Made by a program: the position numbers and the translations under genes. A DNA stretch of 36,033 nucleotides, from the NCBI RefSeq assembly GCF_006345805.1, contig NW_021826248.1:1-36033 (forward strand). Direction: 5' to 3'. Source of the DNA: Octopus sinensis. Lineage: Eukaryota. The notes beneath the pieces were generated by a model. The model was given only the letters and a program-made list of their open reading frames with translations. It searched no databases and had not been told where the DNA came from. The stretch's first letter is position 1. Each line of letters opens with the position of its first letter. Below, one piece after another: positions 24,129-34,737 of the stretch.

Positions 24129-24519
24129 ATATGGGTGCTTGAAACTTTCAGAAAAGATTTGCTGGGACCAGTATTCCGTTTGGGATATGCTTTTGAAATG
24201 GAAAGAAAGCATGCCCTTTTTTGGAAACGACTTGTGACTGGAGATGAAAAATGGATTGCATGCTTAATGTTGTGCAAAACTGATCCTGGAGTTTGAAGAA
24301 ATATCCCCCAAGCAACCAAAGATGAATATCCATGGCAACACACCTGTGCTTTGTGGGATCATAAAGGCATTAATATGACCTTCTCCCATAAAACCAGACC
24401 ATTAATTCTGATGTGTTGTCGTCAACTGGCTAATTTGAACCAAAATATATCAAAGAACTGCGGCTGGAGATTACCAACAGAAAAGCATTAGTCTTCCAAC
24501 AAGACAATGCTCGACCATT
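24129..24519 (+). mobile_element. Mariner transposase fragment, copy B
   Basis: WKRLVTGDEKWI in ORF 24060-24296; QQDNARP downstream. Confidence 0.85.
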
Positions 24520-24727
24520 GTCAAAAAGAAAGGATTCACCCTATCTCCCTCATATTCCTTATAGTCTTCATTGTTATCATTTATGTCGTATGTTTTTTAA
24601 ACCAATATTCTTTCACCAGATGCATTCTTAATTGAATTCTTTTCTTTTTGCTTTGCATTTGTACAGATTTAAGTCTTTAATTTTATAAATATATATTTAT
24701 ATAATCTTTCATCAGAAATTTATACCC

Positions 24728-24975
24728 TGTGAGTGAATTTGATAGAAAGAAACTGTGGAAGACTGTCATAGAAACTCGAAGCGGATGAAGCTATAACAGC
24801 ATGGAAATATTGGTTTGACAACCGGTGTTGGTTTGGTGAGATCCTCAGAAATTACCAGCGCAATATAACAGAGCGATACTTTAAGCACCAGACTTTCAGA
24901 AATAAAAAGTACTGATGTCACTTTGTTCGACTACCTTTTAGTCACGAAACCCTTGAAGGCGGTGCTCCAGCATGG
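24728..24975 (+). mobile_element. Old, degraded SINE family 1 (3' part)
   Basis: Diverged matches to gtgagtggatttggtag, ttgacaaccg.tg and aaggcggtgctccagcatggc. Confidence 0.6.
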
Positions 24976-25123
24976 CAACAGGTACAACGTAAGGTAAGAT
25001 ACGCGTTGAAATTTGAAATTCATGGTAGATAACTCTTGCTATTTTCTTCACAATTATTTCCCCTGAAAAGATTAAAAAAAAAAGTCTGGTCTCTCATACT
25101 TTCTATCTTTCGTTTTTTTTTTT

Positions 25124-25447
25124 TACTAGTTTCAGTCATTAAATTGCGGCCATGCTGGGGCACTACCTTAGTAACTTTTTGGTTCAGTGGATCGACCCCA
25201 GTATTTCTCTTTTTAATCCAATCTATCGTATCTTTTGCCGAACTGCTAAGTTACGAAGAGGTAAACACACTAACACCGGTTGTAAAGAAGTGGTGTGACA
25301 CACACATATACATATATATATTTTTTACTCTTTTACTTGTCTCAGTCATGTGACTGTGGCCATGCTGGAGCACCGCCTATAGTCGAGCAAATCGACCCCA
25401 GGACTTATTCTTTGTAAGCCCAGTACTTATTCTATCGGTCTCTTTTA
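25124..25447 (-). mobile_element. Two adjacent 3' fragments of SINE family 1 (25124-25310 and 25324-25447)
   Basis: Reverse complements of the ...gccatgctgg(a/g)gcac...cagtcatt tail and the (ttttactc)n end. Confidence 0.8.
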
Positions 25448-25884
25448 CCACCACCGCCACCACAACGGATTTAGTCGCCCCTGCCATCCTCTGGTCCTGT
25501 CAAACCAGTAGAGGCCACGATAGCCTTTGACGTCACAACGCATCTACAAACATCCTACTCGGCCCTCAAATGTTTACTCAACCTCCAGCAGCACGAGTCA
25601 ACAATGGAGCGGCTTATGTGGATACAGGACCAGGTAGAAATAGCAGCCAAAATCTCCTTCAAATCGAAACCCACCGCTAATGGCATAGCTTGAGTATTTG
25701 CTGCCTGGGGCAGCCTTTGAATTTGCTGATCCCCTCCTGCGGCCCCTCGGGTGATACAAAGTAGCTTTTCATGCAACACAAGATGGGTCTGGAGGTGACA
25801 GAAGGCATGTTTTCAAGTGAAACGATGTAGACTTTCAGGTGCCACTAGTTGGATGTTTAGGTGACACGAGGCAGGTGTTTTAGT

Positions 25885-26135
25885 CAGTGGTTCCCAACCA
25901 GGGGTCATGTGGCCCCTGGGGGATCCGTATAAGATTTAATCGATAAAATTTACGTGCAGTAAATTAGTTATACTTCAACACAAGATATTTAAACAATTTC
26001 TTTATACGGTTCTTAATAACATTTAATTATTTAAAATATTATTGGATTTTTTAAACGTCGATTGACTACGAGGGTCCACCTGAGTAAAACAGGAATCAAA
26101 GGGGTCAATAGAAGAAAAATGGTTGAGAACCATTT
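25885..26135 (+). mobile_element. hAT-like MITE (~250 bp)
   Basis: TIRs CAGTGGTTCCCAACC (25885-25899) and GGTTGAGAACCATTT (26121-26135; 12/15 match). No intact 8-bp TSD. Confidence 0.6.
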
Positions 26136-26239
26136 GTGATGGCGCAAGGTGAGTGTTTTTACGTGACACACGTCGTACTTTCTAAAGTACAAATCCTCCT
26201 TACAATTATCCTTTCTACTGAAGACACAAGACATAGAAT

Positions 26240-26445
26240 TTTTGGTTTCTATGTGTGGTACGCGGTTGAGAAAGACACCAACCGCTCTGCCTACAACACC
26301 AAAGCCGCGCTGGTGGCCGATGTCAAGAGATGTTCGAAGATCTTCCCAGGTATACAGTGAGAGTTGCATGTGCTAGGTTCAGGGGCATCAGATTCAGGAG
26401 CCGACTTGAGGTTGTGGTGGAAGCCGAAGGCTAATACTTTGGGTA
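26240..26445 (+). mobile_element. Tc1/mariner-superfamily transposase C-terminal remnant
   Basis: FYVWYAVEKDTNRSAYNTKAALVADVK..., then (frameshifted) VFEDLPRYTVRVACARF..RLEVVVEAEG, typical of Tc1/maT C-termini. Confidence 0.7.
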
Positions 26446-26547
26446 AATCCCCAGTCATAATCTAATCGATGATTTTAAATATTTTTCTTTTTTTTGTATT
26501 TCCTTTTAGACAACCTGTAACACTTAGTCCGAACACCCTATGTCTAT

Positions 26548-27090
26548 GTTTTATCTTTTACTTGTTTCAGTCATTTGATTACGACCATGCTGGGGCACTA
26601 CCTTGAAGGTTTTTTTTGCGCCCTTTTCAAGCCTAGCCAGACTCATGGGCCCGGTTTCCCGGTTTCTATGAATACGTGTTCCCCCCAGCTGGATGGGACA
26701 CCAGTCCATCGCAGCGTTACTCAAGAAACAGGAAGAGAGTGTGAGAGAAAGTTTGGGGCAAAAGACTACAACAGGGGTCGCCTCCACCCCTGTCGGAGCC
26801 TCGTGGAGCTTAAAGTGTTTTCGCTCAATAAACACACACAACGTCCGGTCTGGGAATCGAAACCGCGATCCTCCGACCGCGAGTCCGCTGCCCTAACCAC
26901 TGGGCCATTGCGCCTCCCTTGAAGGGTTTTAGTTAAACAAATCAACCGCAGGGCGTTTTTTAAGCCTAGTATTTTATCTATTAGACTCTATTGTCGAACC
27001 TCTAACTTACGGAGACGTAAACACACCAACACCGGTTGTCAAGCGGTGGAGGGTGAGAAACACAACCACAGACAGACAGGCAAACACACA

Positions 27091-27136
<46 letters not shown>

Positions 27137-27292
27137 GACGAGCTTCTTCTAGTCTCCGTCTACCAAATCCACTCACGAGGCTTTGCTCGGCCCAAAGTTA
27201 TTGTAGAAGATACTTGCCCAAGGTACCATGCAGCGGAACTGAACTCGGAACCATGTTGTCGGGAAGCAAGCTTCTTACCACAGAGCCGCGCC
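26548..27292 (-). mobile_element. SINE family 1 (tRNA head plus CORE-like region), interrupted by a family-2 SINE
   Basis: Head GGCGCGGCTCTGTGGTAAG at 27292, internal (TG)n, tail resumes after the TSD at 26918. Confidence 0.85.
26610..26917 (-). mobile_element. SINE family 2 (tRNA-derived head GGAGGCGCAATGGCCCAGTGG), tail type i, with poly(A) and TSD
   Basis: A-box TGGCCCAGTGG and B-box-like GGTTTCGATTCCC; poly(A) at 26610-26617; TSD CTTGAAGG at 26602-26609 and 26918-26925. Confidence 0.9.
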
Positions 27293-27299
27293 TGTGTGT

Positions 27300-27340
27300 A
27301 TAAACATACATACGTGGGTGTGAATATATATATATGTATG

Positions 27341-27374
<34 letters not shown>

Positions 27375-27515
27375 TGTATGTATGTATGTATGTATGTATG
27401 TATGTATGTACCTGTATAGGTACATAAATATATACATATATATGTATACATATACATATGTATATACATACATATAAGTACATATATGTACATATATATA
27501 TATATATATAATATA

Positions 27516-27549
<34 letters not shown>

Positions 27550-27551
27550 GG

Positions 27552-27582
<31 letters not shown>

Positions 27583-27634
27583 TGTGTGTGTGTGCCTATA
27601 TTGGTACCTAAATAATATGCATATACATACATAC

Positions 27635-27672
<38 letters not shown>

Positions 27673-27712
27673 GATATAATATAATATAATATATATAATA
27701 TAATATATGTAT
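27300..27712. repeat. Compound microsatellite (TATG)n/(TA)n/(TG)n/(ATATA)n
   Basis: Direct reading. Confidence 0.95.
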
Positions 27713-27713
27713 A

Positions 27714-28078
27714 GGTGCAGGAGTGGCTGTGTGGTAAGTAGCTTGCTAACCAACCACATGGTTCCGTGGCATCTTGGGCAAGTTTCTTCTACTATAGCCC
27801 CGGGCCGACCAATGCCTTGTGAGTGGATTTGGTAGTCGGAAACTGAAAGAAGCCTGTCGTATATATATATTTATGTGTGTGTTTGTCCCCTTAGCATTGC
27901 TTGACAACCGATACTGGTGTGTTTACGTCCCCGTCACTTAGCAAAAGAGACCGATAGAATAAGTACTGGGCTTACAAAGAATAAGTCCCGGGGTCGATTT
28001 GCTCGACTAAAGGCGGTGCTCCAGCATGGCCGCAGTCAAATGACTGAAACAAGTAAAAGAGTAAAAGAGTAAAGAGAG
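27714..28078 (+). mobile_element. SINE family 1, near full length
   Basis: Head GGTGCAGGAGTGGCTGTGTGG, cttgggcaagt CORE-like motif, internal (TA)(TG), (GTAAAAGA)n tail. Confidence 0.9.
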
Positions 28079-28079
28079 A

Positions 28080-28125
28080 GTATGCATATATACATACATA
28101 TATGTACATACCTATATATATATAT

Positions 28126-28169
<44 letters not shown>

Positions 28170-28170
28170 T

Positions 28171-28260
<90 letters not shown>

Positions 28261-28262
28261 TA

Positions 28263-28292
<30 letters not shown>
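28080..28292. repeat. (TA)n-rich microsatellite
   Basis: Direct reading. Confidence 0.95.
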
Positions 28293-28296
<4 letters not shown>

Positions 28297-28715
28297 TATA
28301 TGGGTAGAGGACGTCAAAAAACGTGCACAAAATGAAAAACGAGAACATAAAAAGCAAAAACATTTGTTTTTGAACAACGAAAGAAACAAATAGAGAAACG
28401 CGACAGGCACCATAAAGAACAATCCCTTCATCAGTTGTCCCCTGTTTAATCTATTCCTTGTTTGGAACGTGGGGAGAAGATGCGACTTCGTTAATACAGT
28501 CGTTTCCGCAAAGCAAATTAAATAAAATTTGGGATTTGCGGAGGGTTAAAGTGGTGACAAAAACAGGAGAGTAAGAACAAAACAGTGAAAACAAATGTAA
28601 GGGCTGTTAAGCCATCATGTGGTGAAGTGGTGAACGCTGGAGAAACGAGCTTTGACAGGAGACAGGCAAAAGTGTGTTTTGTCTCTTGTAAACCAAAAGG
28701 AAAAAGGAAGATAGC
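28293..28715 (-). mobile_element. Unclassified non-coding repeat embedded next to (TA)n (possibly Penelope-derived)
   Basis: Shares architecture with 34738-35298: CTGATGA.GGG motif, long T-rich run, and a g..gtcct.tac.ca end abutting (TA)n. Confidence 0.45.
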
Positions 28716-28754
28716 CGGTGGTCATGTGTGAGCAACTAGAGAGTCAAGGGGAAA

Positions 28755-29025
28755 GAGTGAGTGAGAGAGAGAGAGAGAGAGGGGCGAGAGAGAGAGGGAT
28801 TGAGAGTAAGAGAACGGTGAATGGGGGAGGAGAAGAAAAACAGAAAGATAGAAGAATATATATATGTACCTATATGTATATGCATATATATATTTATATC
28901 CACACACACATACATGCGCAGACACGCACACATGTATGCATATATGTGTGTGTTTGTATGTATTTTGTGTACATTGATATATGTATGCTCGCGTCTGTGT
29001 GAATGTGTTTGTGTGTGTTCTTGTG

Positions 29026-29080
<55 letters not shown>
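28755..29080. repeat. (GA)n, (TA)n and (TG)n microsatellites
   Basis: Direct reading. Confidence 0.92.
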
Positions 29081-29520
29081 TAATCAGCTGATGATTCACT
29101 CCACTTCTTCACGCACGTGCGGTCGTACAAGCGTCTGAAACTTAGAACAGCTCCGAGTATTGTGTACTTTTTTTTTTTTTTTGTAAGGACATACGCACCT
29201 AGACACACACATTATAAATATATTCAAATGGGGAATAAATTATGTTCTGCTCTCTCTCCTTTCTTTTCCATCGCAAGTCACACAGTCACATCGTTTTTAG
29301 ACTAGATTAACATTTAAATCTGACTCATCTTCAGTTTTTAACTTGACACGTGACTAACGATGCGAAATCGCTTTAAAAAAAACTAAAGAGAGACAGCTGG
29401 ACAAATGCTATTTGTAAAACAATTAATAATTTGCGAATGGATCGCAGTTGACTGACAGGTGGAGAAGAAGGTTTCCCGAGAACGTCCTCTGCACGAAAAT
29501 ATATAGCTAAGTGCTTGTAG

Positions 29521-29910
29521 GGCGGCGAGTTGGCAGAGCGAAATTCGTAGCCGTATTTTCTCTGCCGTTACGTTCTGAGTTCAAATTCCGCCGTGGTCGA
29601 CTTTGCCTTTCATCGTTTCGGGGTCGATAAATTAAATACCAGTTACGCACTGGGGTCCGATGTAATCGACTTAATCCTTTGTCTGTCCTTGTTTGTCCCT
29701 TCTGTGTTTAGCCCCTTGTGGGTAATAAAGAAATAGGTATTTCGTCTGTCTTTATGTTCTGAGTTCAAATTCCGCCGAAGTCGACTTTGCCTTTCATCCT
29801 TTCGAAGTCGATAAATTAAGTACCAGTTGCGCACTGGTGTCGATGTAATCGACTTAATACGTTTGTCTGTCCTTGTTTATCCTCTCTGTGGGTAGTAAAG
29901 AAATAGGTAT
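29521..29910 (+). mobile_element. SINE family 3 (tRNA head; Meta/beta-domain-like core) plus a tandem partial duplicate of its 3' part
   Basis: GGCGGCGAGTTGGCAGA head, GAGTTCAAATTCC B-box, gcctttcatcctttcggggtcgataaattaagtaccag core; ~170 bp repeated (29565-29740 and 29745-29910). The domain name is from memory. Confidence 0.8.
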
Positions 29911-30400
29911 GTAACACTTGTTAGTGTTTATGCACCAACTATGAATGCAAGCGAAAATGAAAAGCTCTCCTTTTACGATGTGCTGAAAGAAAATATCCGC
30001 AAAATTCTACACAAGGATAAGATTATCATATTGGGCGATTTTAATGCAAGAGTTGGTAAAGATCATAAGACATGGGGTGTGATTGGAAGACACGGAGTGG
30101 GAAATTGTAATAGCAATGGCTTACTTTTGTTACTGATGTGTTTTGAGCTGAATTTATTTATTATGAAACATTGCTTTTCAGTAAAGAGATGAGTTCAGAA
30201 CTACATGGATGCACCCAGGTTCAAAACAATGGTACCTGATAGACTGTAAGCCAGATAAGAGAGATTTCTGTATAGTGCAGGTCATGCGGGGAGCAGAATG
30301 TTGGACAGATCATCGCTTGGTTCGTGGGAAGACCAAGTTTGTAGTGAAGCCAAAAAGTAGACAAAAGGGAACTGGCATCCCTAAACGTCTGAATGGGAAT
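29905..30400 (+). mobile_element. RTE-type LINE apurinic endonuclease fragment (central/C-terminal part)
   Basis: YVTLVSVYAPT...IILGDFNARVG...GRHGVGNCNSNG...TTWMHPGSKQWYLID...MRGAECWTDHRLV. Confidence 0.9.
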
Positions 30401-30597
30401 CTCCTTAGGGATAAAACAGAATAGAATTTCAGTAGAGAATCGAAAATTTGGATTGGACAGATGAGCGAACGGACTTCAGAGGAGAACCATAGATTGACCA
30501 CTGTCGTATAGGTGACTGGTCTGACTCAAATGAGAGCACACACACGCGCACACACACGCACACACGTTAACACATATGCACACTAACACACGCACGT

Positions 30598-30985
30598 GGA
30601 ATGGAAGCACTCCGTCGGTTACGACGATGAGGGTTCCGGTTGATCCGAATCAACGGAACAGCCTGCTCGTGAATTTAACGTGTAAGTGGCTGAGCACTCC
30701 ACAGACACGTGTACCCTTAACGCAGTTCTCGGGGATATTCAGCGTGACACAGAGAGTGACAAGGCCGGCCCTTTGAAATACAGGTACAACAGAAACAGGA
30801 AGTAAGAGTGAGAGAAAGTTGTGGTGAAATAGTACAGCAGGGATCACCACCATCCCTTGCCGGAGCCTCGTGGAGCTTTTAGGTATTTTCGCTCAATAAA
30901 CACTCACAACGCCCGGTCTGGGAATTGAAACCGCGATCCTATGACCGCGAGTCCGCTGCCCTAACCACTGGGCCATTGCGCCTCC
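30598..30985 (-). mobile_element. SINE family 2, tail type ii
   Basis: Same head and body as 26723-26917 but an unrelated ~190-bp 3' tail. Confidence 0.85.
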
Positions 30986-31039
30986 ACAACACACGCACGT
31001 ACATACATGATTTATAATGCGGAAGTGTGGAGAGGTCGA

Positions 31040-31800
31040 TGATGGCGCTCTAAGAAAACAAAGAAAGGTGGAGAGATAGGGTGGAGGTAGGAGTTAGAAG
31101 AGGAGCAGGAGTGGGAGAGGGGGAGGAAAGCGTGGAGGTAAGAATATAGCGGTGGGGAGGGAGGGAGGGAGGGGGGTAAATGAAGCGTAAAAAGCGAAGG
31201 AGGAGGAGGAGGAGAGTGTAAAATGTAGCGGGAAGAGTAATTTTGGATTAATGTAAACAAACAAATTTATTCTTCCTGATTGTGTTGACTGATCGGACTT
31301 GTTATTTGTTGTTGTTGTTGTGGTGGTGGTGGTGGTGGTGGTGGCAGTGGTGGTAGTGATGGTGGTGGTAGTAGTAGTAGTGGTGGTAGTGGTGGTGGTG
31401 GTAGTGGTGGTAGTAGTGGTAGTGATGGTGTGGTAGTGGTGGTTGTAGTTGTGGTGGTGGTGGTGGTAGTGGTAGTGGTGGTAGTGGCGTTAGTGGTGGT
31501 GGTGGTGGTGGTTGTGGTGTTGGTGGTAGTGGTTGTGGTGGTGGTGGTGATGGTGGTAGTGATGGTGGTGGTAGTAGTGGTAGTGGTAGTGATGGTGTGG
31601 TAGTGGTGGTTGTAGTTGTGGTGATGGTGGTTGTGGTGTTGGTGGTGGTGGTGGTGGTGGTTGTGGTAGTGGTGGTGGTGGTGGTGGTGGTAGTGATGGT
31701 GGGGGTGGTAGTGGTGGTGGTAGTGATATGAATATAGCGGTGGGGAGGGAGGGAGGGAGAGAGTAAATGAAGCGTAAAGACGAAGGAGGTGGAGAGTGGA
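31040..31800. repeat. G-rich low-complexity tract, (GGT/GTA/GTT)n array flanked by ~70-bp direct repeats
   Basis: gaatatagcggtggggagggagggaggga..gtaaatgaagcgtaaa at ~31142 and ~31730. Confidence 0.9.
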
Positions 31801-32017
31801 TAGACAGATATGTAAATGTGTACGTGTGCACATGTGTGTGTGTTTGTGTATGTGTTTGTTTAAGTGTGTGTATGTGTGTGTGTGTGTTTATTTATGTGTT
31901 TGTGTGTGTGCGCACGCGAACCATGTCGAAAATTGAATTTACTCCCTCTACCCTACCACCCCCATTAGCAAAAACAAAAACAACACCAATACCGCCGCCA
32001 CCACCATCACCACCTAT

Positions 32018-32233
32018 TTTTTTACTACCCACAGAGGAGACAAACAAGGACAGACAGACGGATTAAGTCGATTACATCGACCCCAGTGCGTCACTGGTAC
32101 TTAATTTATCGACTTCAAAAGGATGAAAGGCAAAGTCGACCTCGGCGGAATTTGAACTCAGAACGTAATGGCAGACGAAATACGGCTACGCATTTCGCCC
32201 GGCGTGCTAACGTTTCTGTCAGCTCGCCGCCTT
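32018..32233 (-). mobile_element. SINE family 3
   Basis: Reverse complement of the 29521-29740 element. Confidence 0.88.
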
Positions 32234-32411
32234 CACAAGTTTTACATACCAACCTTTTTTTAAAGGCAACCTCAGCAATATCTTCCTACCATTTACACTG
32301 TATGGCAATTCCTCTAACTTATAAAACCAAGGAGGCTTTCAAAGCAAAAGCAACTCCACTTTGAGTAAAGAGTATACATAATACAAATAAAAATATAAAA
32401 ATGTATACATA

Positions 32412-32805
32412 GGCGCAGGAGATGGCTGTTGGTAAGTAGCTTGCTAACCAACCACATGTTCCGGGTTCAGTCCCACTGCGTGGCATCTTGGGCAAGTGTC
32501 TTCTGCTATAGCCCCGGCCGACCAATGGCCTTGTGAGTGGATTTGGTAACGGAAACTGAAAGAAGCCTGTCGTTATATGTATATTAATATATGTGTTTGT
32601 TTGTGTGTCTGGTGTTTGTTCCCCTAGCATTGCTTACAACCGATGCTGGTTTTACGTCCCCGTCCTTATTCGGCAAAAAAAGACCGATAGGTACTGGGCT
32701 TCAAAGAATAAGTCTTCGGGTCGAGTTGCTCGATTAAAGGCGGGTGCTCCAGCATGGCCGCAGTCACATGACTGAAACAAAAAGAGAAAAAAAAAAAAAA
32801 AAAAA
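32412..32805 (+). mobile_element. SINE family 1 with A-rich tail
   Basis: GGCGCAGGAG head, GGTTCAGTCCC B-box, CORE-like motif, tail. Confidence 0.9.
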
Positions 32806-32827
32806 TACATCCAAAACAGAATACCAT

Positions 32828-33240
32828 GGCGCAGGAGTGGCTGTGTGGTAAGTAGCTTGTTTACCAACCACATGGTTCCGGGTTCAGTCCCACTGCGTGG
32901 CACTGGGCAAGTGTCTTCTACTATAGGCTCTGGGCCGACCAAAGTCTTGTGAGTGGATTTGGTAGACGGAAACTGAAAGAAGCCCGTCGTATATATGTAT
33001 GTATACTATGTTGTGTGTGTTTGTGTGTCTGTGTTTGTCACCCTAGCATTGCTTGACAACCGATGCTGGTGTGTTTTTATGTCCCCGTTACTTAGCAGTT
33101 TGGCAAAAGAGACCGATAGAATAAGTACTGGGCTTACAAAAGAATAAGTCCGGGTCGAGTTGCTCGATTAAAGGCGGTGCTCCAGCATGGCCGCAGTCAA
33201 ATGACTGAAACAAGTAAAAGAGTAAAAGAGTAAAGAGTAT
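32828..33240 (+). mobile_element. SINE family 1, full length
   Basis: As above, with a (GTAAAAGA)n tail. Confidence 0.92.
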
Positions 33241-33679
33241 CACTTCCTTTTTTGCAATTTTCTTTTTCTTCTTTCCCACTCCAATAAATTGTGTAACCAC
33301 TGGATTTCTCTGTAAAGTTACCTTGCCAAAGAATGGTCGATTACAATTAATAAAAAGAAAAATAGAAGTCATAATTAAAAATGATCATTTTTTTCTCTTG
33401 TCTTTTTTTCTTATTTTTGGTGTTTATAATGGAAACTGAATGTTTTGGAAGTTCCTTGAGTTTGTTCTTTGTTTCTTTTTGACATATTTTTGGAAGTTTG
33501 TTTTTCTTTTTCCCTATACTTTTATTTATATTTTCAGTTCAGGTGTGCCGCCGAATTTTGAAAAGAATACAAGTGTGCCGCAAGTGAACAAAGGTTGCGG
33601 AGCACTGCTCATTTGTACCATATGAGTGCTTTGTTTGTTTGTTGAGCGAACAGTCTTCGTCCGTAGTGGGAGAAGTCCG

Positions 33680-34265
33680 ATACGTCTAGTCTCTGATAAT
33701 GCTACAATGTCCATCGCATACTTTTGCATCGCCTTACCAATAAGAGCAGACCTTCCCTCTCTGAATATCTTTTATTTGATTCTGAATCTAATAATGTTCT
33801 TACATTCCAGCATCCAATATTCATGGAAACCTTACTGTGGTTGATGCTGCACGCAGTGCCAGGATGACGACCGAGCCCAGGCTGTGATACCCTGGGGCAC
33901 CTGCCGGACCAGGCCTGTTCACCTCTGGATCCCAAGCCCTTTTTGCCATTTACATTTTCATAGTTTATGGATCTCATAACAGCATTTAAACATTTTTTTT
34001 CGGGCTACGACCAGCCCCATTCATTGAGCTCGAGTAACTACAGCAAAATTTGCTCGAGCAATACCCGTGTCAGAAACTTTTTAAAGTGAGGAGAGAGCTT
34101 GCACTCACCCAATCCCACTCGCTAAGTACCAAAAGCGTAACTCATAAAGAGGAATAGATCCTCATCAATGGATACTCTTTGAGATTGCAGGTTTAATTTC
34201 GGAGTATCCTTCTCCTAGACTGCTTGACATCCAAGACTAAAGAGCTACTAACCGCCCATCGTAGG
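33680..34265 (-). mobile_element. 5' end of an RTE-type LINE: 5' UTR and endonuclease N-terminus
   Basis: MNIGCWNVRTLLD...(frameshift) MQKYAMDIVALSETR. The upstream gtagctctttag...cagtctaggagaagga.actccga.attaaacc resembles RTE 5'-UTR motifs. Confidence 0.8.
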
Positions 34266-34393
34266 GGTTTTACATACATTCACAACGACACACCGACACA
34301 CATACAGACACGCATTAACAGCTACAAAGTGATACTGAATACACACCATCATACACACTGTACAAGATAAAAATACATAGATACATATACACA

Positions 34394-34560
34394 GGCGCAG
34401 GAGTGGCTTGTGTGGTAAGTAGCTTGCTTACCAACCACATGGTTCAGGGTTCAATCCCACTGCGTGGCACATTGGGCAAGTGTCTTCTACTATAACCTCG
34501 GGCCGACCAAAGCCTTGTGAGTGGATTTGGTAGACGGAAACTGAAAGAAGCCCGTCGTAA
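34394..34560 (+). mobile_element. SINE family 1, 5' half
   Basis: Head through gaaagaagcccgtcgta, then (TA)n. Confidence 0.88.
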
Positions 34561-34595
34561 TATGTATATAATATTATATATATTATATATATATA

Positions 34596-34643
<48 letters not shown>

Positions 34644-34737
34644 ATATGGTGTGATAAATAAAAATATATGTATACATACAAACATATATGTACGTACGTA
34701 CATCTACATGTATATATACATGCATATTAAATAATTA

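Larger units (their letters stand above)
14592..24709. repeat. Segmental duplication, copy B
   Basis: Same order of RTE, mariner scrap, Gypsy, nested Gypsy and mariner as 1-10118. Differs by scattered substitutions, many 1-bp indels and several 20-30-bp indels. Confidence 0.97.

Noticed and set aside
25448-25880. Moderately GC-rich segment with a 74-aa ORF
   Set aside because: Only a ~35-bp RTE-tail-like match is recognisable; probably decayed repeat, not assignable without a database search.
26845-26917. tRNA-like sequences (also 30915-30985, 35565-35634 and the family-1 and family-3 heads)
   Set aside because: A/B boxes are present but each runs into a SINE body; no complete cloverleaf or acceptor stem.
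29088-29155. CTGATGA...GAAA in hammerhead order on the plus strand
   Set aside because: No stem II closing pair, and no GUH/NUH cleavage site after a pairable stem III.
27046-29208. Many YI/HT/CV-repeat ORFs
   Set aside because: Microsatellite translations.
31267-31833. Poly-His/Thr/Pro ORFs (188 aa, 113 aa)
   Set aside because: Translations of the (GGT)n low-complexity array; no domain or splice support.
33520-33607. Possible hAT MITE end (CAGTGCTCCGCAACC, gcggcacac x2)
   Set aside because: Single degenerate TIR with no partner or TSD.
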